A stretch of 64,000 nt of DNA from Dudresnaya verticillata (Eukaryota), in assembly GCA_977862235.1 (NCBI GenBank), contig OZ374564.1:806001-870000 (forward strand), written 5' to 3'. Positions 10,114-19,865 of the stretch are shown here, piece after piece (position 1 is the stretch's first letter; every line of letters begins with the position of its first letter). Both the position numbers and the translations under genes were made by a program. The notes under the pieces are model-generated. The model ran no database searches, was not told the DNA's origin, and was given only the letters and a program-made list of their open reading frames with translations.

Positions 10114-11146
10114 TGAAGAGGAATATGGAGAGGTTGAAGGTGAACAAGATGAGAAATGGAAGTCGCTTGACTTCGTTTACTGCAGCCGACCATCCGACAA
10201 GGCTTATATCAGCTTTTCGGATGAGTTGCTGCTTGAACACAAACAAAACAAATCATTAAAGAAACGCCCAAAATCCCTATTATCAAATGGGCGGGAAAAA
10301 GTAAAGCAATTAAATCTACCAAATCATGCTCTCAGCACACTCACATCCGCCACCAAAATGGGCGGGAACTTGCACACCAGTGTTGCTAACTGCTGACATC
10401 AGCAATCCCTCTTGCGACCGCATTTCCTGCCATCCATATGTACTCCAACTTTGGGCGGGAACGTGAAAGTATCGAGTGTCCCCGCATGGCTGCTGTCGGA
10501 CAACACTGCACACCACGTGGCCGCACTTACCAGCTCAAGTCCGTCCATGAATATCCAACTTGGATCATTGACCACGTAATCACCCAGATTTGCCTACGTG
10601 GCAGCTGTAAACCAACGTGTCGGCCGCACGACAGCTACGTGATAACTGTAAACCAACGTGTCGGCCGCACGACAGCTACGTGCCAACTGTAAACCAACGT
10701 GTCGGCCGCACGACAACTGCATCTCCTGATATCACAAGTCAGGCTCCACGTAGCGCAAGTCCCTGCAGTACCAACTCGGACGCCATCAGCACATTGCATG
10801 GCACGTTCATGTGTACTTGTGGAGTACAGTGCGAGTCATACCAACACCATTCCATGCCATACCACGTGCATCCATGTGGTCCAATCAGATCGTTCCACTT
10901 GGCCGTTCCTGTTATAACCGCCAATTCCAGCACAACACTTGTAAGCCATATAGACCATGGAGGCGGTTTGTAACAACCAATCAGAAGCCCGTTTCACGTT
11001 GCTTTTGCAAAAGGCCTAAATGCGCCGTGATTTTGGAAGCCCGGAAAAAGGGCTGTCGTCTCCGGAAGGTTTGGTGACAGCGTGCCAGGGTGCCATCTGG
11101 GGTACCTGACCCGTGACGTGAGGCGCCAGCGACCATGTCCTCAACA
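10114..11146 (-). repeat. Third Copia LTR, inverted, 1033 bp (unit 1)
   Basis: Reverse complement of the LTR; ends ...CCTCAACA at 11146. Confidence 0.95.
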
Positions 11147-12386
11147 GGGGACAAGAATACATCTGACCACAATCTGGAAGCCGACATCCTGAAGTCGTTC
11201 AGAATAACCATCAGATGCGGTGGTAGATATTCGACAAGAATGTTCGCGAGGGTGTTGGGGACCGATACGACGACACACCGTATGGAACGCCTGCATCACA
11301 GTCTGGTGCAGGGAAACAGTATGACAACTATATGAGTGATTCTGAAATATCTGAGCTTGCAGAAATGTGCAGGCAATCCGTTATGCCGGGAGGGTGGGTG
11401 TTCATGTTCGTCTCCTCCAGAAATTCGAACCTATAAGGCAGGCTCTTCTCAAGGCCGGATTCATTTGCCCAACGTACGCCTTTTCGATTGCAAAGGATAC
11501 ACGCACGGTTCAAGAGAGGCGAGGAAATGAATGTCCCCAAAATGGCCATGAAATTGCCGTCATGGGAAGGGCCCCAGGGCAGCACCCTAAACGCTTCCGA
11601 GTGGATTTTCGAAGCCCATACCAATTTGTGAAGGCCTCCGAAAGGAGAAAGTTTGCATACATGTCCCAAATTCCTGTTTCTAAGAAGAAGCTTCTTAAAC
11701 CGGGTAGCAAATCTCCGGTGCTTACGGAGGAGAAGAATGTTCAGCTGTTAGTGGAATTGTTGACGACCTTCTGCCCTGAGGGAGGTGCCATTCTGGACAT
11801 GTATGCCGGAACGATGACAACTGCAATTGCAGCTATGCAGACTGGTAGGAAGTGCATCTGCATAGAGCAGAGTCTACAGACGTACAGGCTTGCAGTTGCA
11901 CGCTTGAAAAGGATAGCAGGTGATCATCGCAAATTGTCGGATGGGAGGGAAGTAACACCACTGTGCCCTGGTAGAGAGGAACAGGCCCTGGGAGAAGACC
12001 AGGGAGCAGCTGTGGAAATTCCGCAACAGAAACTGCTCGGGAATGAGGCCGAGAAGGATTCGGATTGTATTGCAGGAGGTGATGCTGTTGTTCTGGAGGT
12101 TGGGAAGAACGTTGTTGGGAAGGCAAAAGTCCAATTCGGGGCAACTTCTGAAGAAAAAGTTCGCAAGCAGATTCATCTGAAGCAAGTGTCAGAATATGAA
12201 AAGGCAGGACAGGAACTCATTGCGGTTTACGCCCTCGAATTTGATTCATCCTTTACCACGTTAGCGTATCTGTATATCTTTCATGTTCCGAACGACCGCC
12301 CTGCCACGAGCCTAGGTGGGCTAGACGGATTCTTTGAATGGGATCTCCATGCGATGGAATCCAACGCGCGATGCGAGCAGAAATGA
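11147..12386 (+). pseudogene. Beta-class N4-cytosine/N6-adenine DNA methyltransferase-like gene, frameshifted and 5'-disrupted (unit 1)
   Basis: ORF 11367-12386 has EKNVQLLVELLTTFCPEGGAILDMYAGTMTTAIAAMQTGRKCICIE (motif X/I, SAM binding). A different frame upstream (11227-11436) has DTPY at 11272-11283 and MCRQSVMPGGWVFMF. One missing base near 11415 joins the two. Confidence 0.8.
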
Positions 12387-12740
12387 GATTAAAGCAATGT
12401 TGAGCATAAGAATCGTTCGCTTGAATGGTATGCTACGCCAGTGCGTGGTATCGCAAGCCATAAGCACATGCTGCTCTTCCAAGGAGGCCGTATACTGCCG
12501 CCGACAGCAATATCCCTGTAAAAGTCCACAGCGCAAAAGGTGCATCCTCGCTCGGTCGCAATTAAGCAGCACGTTTTCCTTCACAAGGATCTGCAGAGTC
12601 CCACCAACGCTCTTTTAGCGCATGTGATGAATGTGGAGCGACACGGACGATCTGCCAACAAGCCCGAGTGAGACTGCTGCATTCACAGCCCCGGTACCGT
12701 AGTACAGGTAGTAGCGTAGCAGCAGTACTGTAGTAGTGAG

Positions 12741-12772
12741 GCGGGTCACAGCACTCGAGTGCTGTGACCCGC
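12741..12772. repeat. Perfect 32-bp palindrome GCGGGTCACAGCACTCGAGTGCTGTGACCCGC (also 34297-34328, 55852-55883)
   Basis: Self-reverse-complementary, read directly. Confidence 0.95.
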
Positions 12773-14380
12773 ACAGATATGTGAAACCAGAGCTATAATT
12801 TGTAGGTGATTGTACTCGCGCAAGACACTTGCGCTTCGCTGCGGGACGAGTGTCGGTCGTTCCGAAATTGCTCCAATCGTGTGAAACCCTATCAAAATAA
12901 TGGAGAATGACCAACAGCTTATCAGAAAGCCGCACGTAAATTTCTATTAAACAGGTCATGCACATTCCGAGATCTCAAAAGCTATGATAGGTCTTACAAA
13001 AATCGAGGCCTCATGTGCTGTTCAATAGCCTTCTGAATCTCACTGGTCGAAAAGCAATCATAGGTCTTGCGATTGCCTCGGGCCAAACACCTGTTTACTA
13101 GAAGCTACGGCTGCTCGAGCCAAGGACCTATTCCGTATTATGGAGAATGCAAGATAGGTTTTCGGCTCGCGCGGCATAAATCGCTCCGGATTTGTGCTAC
13201 GAGATTTGTGGCGGAATACCTCTCGTAATTTACCGTCGGCGCACCAGAAGCGTTTGGCGCCCGTGCCAACCAAGCGCTTGTGGCATTCACAGTTAATGCT
13301 GAACCGACTTTCTGCGCGTGACGTTGCAAAGCGTGCAGCTTCATTGGCAGCTTCATCGGCCTTTTCGGCGGCCCGTGGGTTTCTTCTACCGCGCATCACA
13401 TCGGTAGCAGAACTTGGTGGGGTGGGAGGTTACGGCCGCGGTGGGGTGGCAGAAGGGTGGGCGGAAGGGCGGGTGCATTCTGCCAAAAGGCGGTGGGTGG
13501 GTGTGCCAGGCGGCTGCAATAGGCTGTGGTATCAGTGCAGTGCCAGGGTGGCTCTCCCTCTCCCTCTCCCGGTCGCCCTGGCATTTGCGCTTCGGTGATT
13601 TCGACACGTGCCCTGCTGCATGCAGCGCTGCAGCGAATGGGTGGTATCGACAATGTTAGTGCGGCGAAGTAGGCCGGCGATCCTGCGGAGAGGTAGTTGC
13701 GGGCGGAGGGGGGTGACCTGCATGGCCTGGAAGAGGTGCTTTCCTCGGACAAGTTCGCGTCACATCATTCAGATCACGTCAGGGTGCCTACTGCGTGCGC
13801 ACGGGCTACGATTGCGCGTATTCGCGCCCCAGACCCGCCGAGCTCTCCGCATAAGATCAACCAAGTCTGCTAGCTGTTTATCGAGCAGCTTACTTTTATC
13901 GTCTCGCCAAAAGATGACATGGAGGTCTATCGCTTTTCGTCGTTGGAGCATATGGCAACCGTCATGACTTTTGCAATCTTCCGCGACGATGATGTCATCG
14001 GCTGTGAATTTTCTCCCTGCTTTCGCGCATTAAGGCGACAACATCACCCATGAAAGCTTGCGCGGTTGTTCTCTAACATCATTGCGTCTCTTGACGACAA
14101 GTGCGAGGATCTGAGGGATACATTTCGGGATGCTTCGTTGGCGCCGTTGGTACCCGTTGGAATAATCATCTTCAACTGTCGAATTAGTGGAGCGCGTTGT
14201 CAACGCGAGTGCGAAGGACCTTCAAGTCCCTCTCTGCAACATGCCGAACGCCTCTGTACGACGAATGAGAAGTTAGAGACGCAATGGTTGTGGCAATTGG
14301 CGCGGCAGTTGAGGTCGCGAGCGACGGATTGCTAAATCATCTCGCAATACAATTGCGAGACCGGGACTATTTGCTACGAA

Positions 14381-15356
14381 ATGCAGCTCGAAGGCAGGTC
14401 ATTGGTTTCTATAATAGAAAGCTGTTTCTATAATAGAAAGCTGGGCAGGATATCCAAGCAGCGCAAAAACCAGGAGGGTGGTAATGTTGGTGACTCGCAT
14501 ACTGGAGAAGACGAAGACTTCAGCCTTGCTTTGCCGAAATCTCGTGACGAATCCGCGTCTAGCATCGATGACAGACTGGAGCGAAGAATCAAAAAGAACA
14601 GAAACCCGGGTAATGCGACGTAAGCGGTTGCTTGATGTGCCTGTTCAAGCACATACAGCACTGAGGAATGCTGGTGACAATGCCACAGCTACGGGTATTG
14701 AACACGTCATCGACGAAAAGATTCCAGGTTACAAAAGCAATGATGAGCATGTTTCCAGGGTAAGACATGTGCTGCTATGTTCCTTTCAAACCCAGAGGGC
14801 AGCTACTTTGCACACGTTATATCATTATCTCATGAACGGCAAAAGGTACGTGAAGCATTGGCGGCAATAGGCAACTACCGTCTTGCCTCTAGAAGGACCA
14901 AATATCAAGTTGCTCAGAATAGCCTATTCTTTCTCACTAAGTGGGGATGATATTGCCAACGAAACTAGCGACGTCACCCCGGCTACGTGTTCTAAAGGAA
15001 AAGCTACTCCAAATAAGCCTGGTTCTTTAAAGATGGACATTTTGGACGCCCATGAAGTATGCGAGAAGAATGCTACAGCTGTTGACGGCTATTCCACAGA
15101 TGGGGATAGGAAATCCGCCCTTCGAGACGCAGTTTCGAGGATTGGTTCCAAGTGGCCTGTGGACACCTGCTTGCAAGAGCAGGTAATTCCAATATGTCTG
15201 CCTGGATTATTTCCGTCTCTCCACTTTATCGCTGCATCTGAGTTGGCTGTAGGAGATAGCAAGCCGTCTTGTCTCTTTGAACAATCAGAAGCTGGTACTG
15301 GTGTTGGTGGGGGTGGGGCAGATTTTCCGACTGCCTTACCCGGCGTCTTTCGATAG
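14381..15356 (+). pseudogene. Possible decayed gene of unknown function (also in units 2 and 3)
   Basis: ORFs 14478-14870 and 14883-15356 share a frame and are separated by one TAG; no recognisable motif. Confidence 0.3.
14405..14442. repeat. 19-bp tandem duplication GTTTCTATAATAGAAAGCT x2
   Basis: Read directly; each copy contains the dyad TTTCTAT-A-ATAGAAA; present in all three units. Confidence 0.9.
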
Positions 15357-15672
15357 TATGGCAAGGTATTATACCTTTAAATCGCTCTCAGACACTCCTC
15401 TGGGCTCGTTCAATACAATGCGAAAGAGATTTGCGCCATGGTCACAACCTCATTGCACTCTTGTAACTCCTGTGGCACGTCGGGAAAGCTCCGAGTATGC
15501 ACATCTACAGTTACATGAACGGAGCACCGGCTTTGGCGAGCAGAGCGAGGCGGACGCGGTATGGTAGAGGGGCAGGGCGGAAAGGCGCGCACAACGGCCC
15601 GGGCGGTGATGTGCGCGCAGAGAGATTTACTAATGGCGGTTATCGTGCCATAACGGTTTCGGAGCAGGTCTT

Positions 15673-16325
15673 TTAGGATTCGGAGCGGGAGGATCGTGGG
15701 CTGGCTTGGGCCTCAACGGATGTGATGACAGTTTTCAGGGCAAACATTGCCTGCGATAAGGCCAATGTGACACTGCGATGAACTCGGCGAAAGAAACTGC
15801 GAACCATGCGCAGAGCCGCTCGCTGCAGATGGGCAACCAATTGACTTAGCTCATTCTGAGCGCTCCTAAGTTGCTGGAATTCTTCTTCAAGTTCAACGAG
15901 TTGCGCTTCCACATCTTCAAGACTTATGTGTCCGTTTGCATCACGATTGTTCGCTACCTTCGGACGCTTCGTTTCTGCGGGCGAGGTGGCGCTGCAAAGC
16001 CGCGGTATTTCCCCTTGCTTCGGTAAGTTTCTCCTGGATAAACTTCAGCAGACGGTATATTTGACACACAACTGGCCACCCTAGTCGTTGAAGCTCGCGC
16101 TCCAAATACGATACCGTCTTTCTAATGGTCCCAAACACCTCCCATAATTCTGCTATTATCTCCTGAGCGGCGTGCAGCCTCCCGTCTATTGTCTCTTGAT
16201 AGATGTTGCGCATAGGGGTTCTGGAACGTTCGTCTTACGGCGAAGTTAAAGTTTGCAAAGGTACTTGACGCCCAGGGCATCCCTTGTTCGTCAACAGGTG
16301 CTGTGGCCCCCAGAAGCTCATACAT
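15673..16325 (-). pseudogene. Possible decayed coiled-coil protein gene (also in units 2 and 3)
   Basis: Three consecutive minus-strand ORF fragments with heptad-like sequence (EAQLVELEEEFQQLRSAQNELSQL; YLERELQRL). Confidence 0.35.
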
Positions 16326-16976
16326 TGACTTTCCTTTCTTGTCTGCAAGAAAACGTCACGGGGTTTCGAAACGTAAAAATCACCCCAGTCGACTGTCGAG
16401 GAGCACTGCTCGGTCCCTCTCGATTCTCTCCCTTATCCTTGACGCCCATCAATACTACCCGCTTGTACAAAGACGGAAGTCGTACGGCGGAATCGAGCAG
16501 TCTGCAGGGCGTACCCTTGCAATACCGAGTACTGCTTCTTGATTGACACGGACTTGAGATTCGTGACTGTGTCCCTTCTGATTGGTGATCTGGCACGCTC
16601 GTCTCTCAAATCACACTGTGGTGTTCGCACTGGCGCTGGAGTGTATGGCGGAGTGGAGTGGTGCATACAGAGCGAGAGGAAAGCCCTTCCAATACCAGTC
16701 GTTTTAACTGCGATTCGGAGCAGCTCTAGGCATGCGCAAGCCTGTCATGCAGAATACCCCACCGCCACTGGAACAGTATTATATCGATGTCCTTTCAGAA
16801 GCGCCCTCGTCCCTCCCCAATATTTCAGCTCTTCAGAACAAGTAGCGCACAACTATCGCGCCCTAGCGGGAACATCGATTTTGTTGCTTCACCTCGCCCG
16901 CCCTGAGTGCAAGGAGCATCCTGCACGAGTGCATTGCAAAAGGCTCAGACTCCCCTACCACAAGGGGTGGTAGGAC

Positions 16977-17782
16977 ATGGCCCAAGACTCATCTGGGCAG
17001 GTTTCGGAAGCAGCAAACGTTCCAGTTCAGAACGAAGACGACTTCGGCGATGAGCTGCTTCCCGGAACAAAGCCCGGCGCACGAGTCATCTCACTCTCAA
17101 CGGGGAACACGTTGCTACAGCAACCCTGCTACGACCTCATGATTTTAAGGAGGGTGCCGTTGATCCCAGTGGTCGATTCACCACATACCTGCACGGGCGC
17201 AACCTTGGGCCTCAACAACGTGATGGAGAAGTATGGGTTGTAGTTCACCTCGTGCGATGCCTCCGCAACTGCAATTCCTACGAAAACCCGTTCCAGTACA
17301 AACCAGGCAGTACGCCTTGTCCGGAGACACTGAGTCGAATGCAGACTGGAAAACACGCCTGGGACCTATTCCAGATTGAGAACCTCGTAATCATCTACAA
17401 TACAGAGCGCAGAAAAAGCTCAGGTGCGACTGTATCCGGAGTGGAAAAACGTGCGGTGGCTGACGCTAACCCACCAACACCCCCTCTGCTCAGGGTTCGC
17501 AAATCCGCTCCTCACCCAAAACAGCAGCATGGTGCGGAAGAAATGGCAGCGGCGAACAGCCCTTCAACACCACCGCCAGAGAAAGTCAATGAAGAGGAAG
17601 ATGTCACAAAACGTCTGCAATACACACCTGCACGCCGGCCACCTATGCGTGAACGACCCCAGAAACCATCCAAGAGTAACGTCCCGGACGCCTTACCAGC
17701 CTCTTCGGCCCCAGTGTCTCTTGAACCCACGACTACACCCGTGAAAGAGAGAGATCCTCGTGTAGGCGTGACAGACAGTTAG
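16977..17782 (+). pseudogene. Possible interrupted gene ending in a Pro/Ser/Glu-rich linker (also in units 2 and 3)
   Basis: ATG-initiated ORF 16977-17243 followed by ORF 17252-17782 in another frame; no known motif recognised. Confidence 0.3.
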
Positions 17783-18767
17783 AAGAGAACGAATTTGAGA
17801 GAACGCGCTGCGGGAAGGACCCCTGGTACCAAAGCGACCTAAGTGAACTTGCACAAGTCGAAAGGCGGCTCGTTCGTACTCGGAGTACCCCTGCAAAGGG
17901 CGAAACGGCTTGCGGCGGGCTTGGTCCATTGCCTGGCGGCTTTGGACGAGTGCACACCCTTTCTCAGTCCCCCAACGGGCAGCAGGGACTGAGCCGGTGA
18001 TCGTCGTTGCGACGCGCCGCGTGGGTCTGAGCGCGCATCAACCCAACGGAACCTCGGGGCGCAGGCCAGCACTAGAACAACGGTACATCCGGTTTCGGGT
18101 GTATCGGTTAAAGAAGAGTGCCTGTGGCCCTCCCGCCAGTGTCCTTGGGGGCCACGCGACAAGAAAGCTGTGTGTGACCGCTTCTCGGCCTGTGTCACAC
18201 ACGGATCCCCTCGCCTTCTAACGTAAAAACAGTGCTACAGCTGTTTTTACGGAATCTTGAAGGAGTTGCTTGGGGCGCCAAGGTCAAGAGATCCTGCGCC
18301 CAAACCCGTCGGAGGCGCCGGATCTGAGAAGAGAAGGCCCCAAGGTCTCCGTGGAGTGCCTGATCGTTCGCATTGGACGACGGGTTCCGGAGTTAGAAGA
18401 GGAAGAAGTTCGTCCCCGACAGGCCCTAAGTAGCGGTTACTGGCGCTTGTCACGGCTCCACTCGCTGAATTTGCCACGTGTAGGCGACGACGGTGGAGCC
18501 AGCCTGTCTGATCCAATTCGAATTGGATCTTATCCCAATCTGCTTCCGTGGAGGCGACCAACCCGATTTCAACACGTGTACATCGTGTACACGTTTCACC
18601 CTCAGGGCCACCTCCTGAGCTCATTTCCGAGCTTACTGACACGTTTCCGACGTGTACACGTCTTCCACGTATTTCACCAAAACGTTCCAGAACATTCTAC
18701 AAACTTCAAAAAGTTTCCTGAAAATCCCAAAAACAACAGAAAATCGCCAAAAAAATCCAAAAACAAC

Positions 18768-19865
18768 ATGAATCCCCCGATGAATCCTCCCATTCCCTCC
18801 CCTATTGCTGCGGACAGCCCAATGACGGATCACGATCCTACAGTGACCGTTTCGAAGAAGGACTGGGACCGCATGATGCACATGCTTGAGACTCTCAGTG
18901 CGAATCAAGCCGAGCTAAGCAAGACGCAAGCAGTTCTGGTTGGTCAGTTAACTCGAGCCAATGACCGCATCCAGGAGCTCGAGGCCGCGAAAGTCCCCCA
19001 CTCGGATGACGCACCCGCTGCAGCGCCAATTCGACCTGAGCCCGTTGCTTCTGAGGCCCCACCAGCGGTACGCAAAACCGGCGCTTTTCAGTACAAGATC
19101 AAAGCTCCGAAGCCAGCGGCCGCCGCACCTGTGCCGCCTTGTCCTCAGTCCAACAAGGCTGCCTCCCCGAAAAAGAGTTGGGCACAAATCGCTGCCGCGC
19201 CCCGCCCTCGTCTCTCTGACGTCTCCGAGAACTCGCAGGAGGGTGTCCGCAAGTGCTTAGAGTTGCTCGAAATATCGACTCCGCAGCCGAAGCCGACGGC
19301 CGTTTACTTCCGAAATATCAAGCGGGCCCGCCTTGGCAAAGTCCGCACAGCCTTGAGGTACATGCTTCCTCACCCATGGTCCATCCTCGGTCTTTCCTTC
19401 ATCGGACAGTCTGTCATTGAAATCGTTTGCCATGAAGGTTTGGTGGACCAAATTGTCGCCAAGCTGCGCATCATAGGCACAATTCACATCAAGAATTTCG
19501 ACCTTTTCGGCGACAACCTGAAGAAGTCGAACGATCGCACCAAGCAGGATCGTGCAGTTTCCAATCTGGAGAAAGCGCAATCCCGCCTCCAACGGCTGGT
19601 GGACACGTGTGTCAACCCAGCTGCCAAGGCTTGGTACACTCAAAATCTTCAGAAAGCTGAGCAACGCATTGCCGAAGTGTACAACGTTGCCCATGATGTG
19701 GAGTCCTCGGACTCCGAGGACAGCGGATATGATTCTGCGGATCTTGTTGACGGCACTGCTGACTCGCCTGACTTGTCCGCCGACCCCATGGCCGTCGACA
19801 CGACCACCCCCGACACCCCCCAAACCGACCCGCACCCGGCGCACGAGGCGCCAAGTTCGAATTGA
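18768..19865 (+). CDS. LINE ORF1 (gag-like), 365 aa from the first ATG
   Basis: First ATG follows an A/C-rich UTR-like stretch; coiled-coil segment and KKSWAQIAA motif; lies directly before ORF2. The track start at 18270 is a TTG. Confidence 0.8.
   Translation: MNPPMNPPIPSPIAADSPMTDHDPTVTVSKKDWDRMMHMLETLSANQAELSKTQAVLVGQLTRANDRIQELEAAKVPHSDDAPAAAPIRPEPVASEAPPAVRKTGAFQYKIKAPKPAAAAPVPPCPQSNKAASPKKSWAQIAAAPRPRLSDVSENSQEGVRKCLELLEISTPQPKPTAVYFRNIKRARLGKVRTALRYMLPHPWSILGLSFIGQSVIEIVCHEGLVDQIVAKLRIIGTIHIKNFDLFGDNLKKSNDRTKQDRAVSNLEKAQSRLQRLVDTCVNPAAKAWYTQNLQKAEQRIAEVYNVAHDVESSDSEDSGYDSADLVDGTADSPDLSADPMAVDTTTPDTPQTDPHPAHEAPSSN

Noticed and set aside
1814..11146. DIRS-like element (inverted LTRs plus nearby methyltransferase)
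   Set aside because: The polyprotein is Copia-type with a DDE integrase; there is no tyrosine recombinase, and the MTase lies outside the repeats and is cut by the LTR.
11367..12386. The 339-aa ORF as an intact, functional MTase
   Set aside because: It starts at GTG and lacks the catalytic motif, which lies in another frame upstream.
17790..18560. Hammerhead or HDV ribozyme call
   Set aside because: No CUGANGA...GAAA core or full nested double pseudoknot could be assembled by eye; kept only as an unexplained structured region.
18270..18767. N-terminal 166 aa of the 531-aa ORF1 in the track
   Set aside because: Starts at TTG and crosses hairpin-rich and A/C-rich UTR-like sequence; the first ATG is at 18768.
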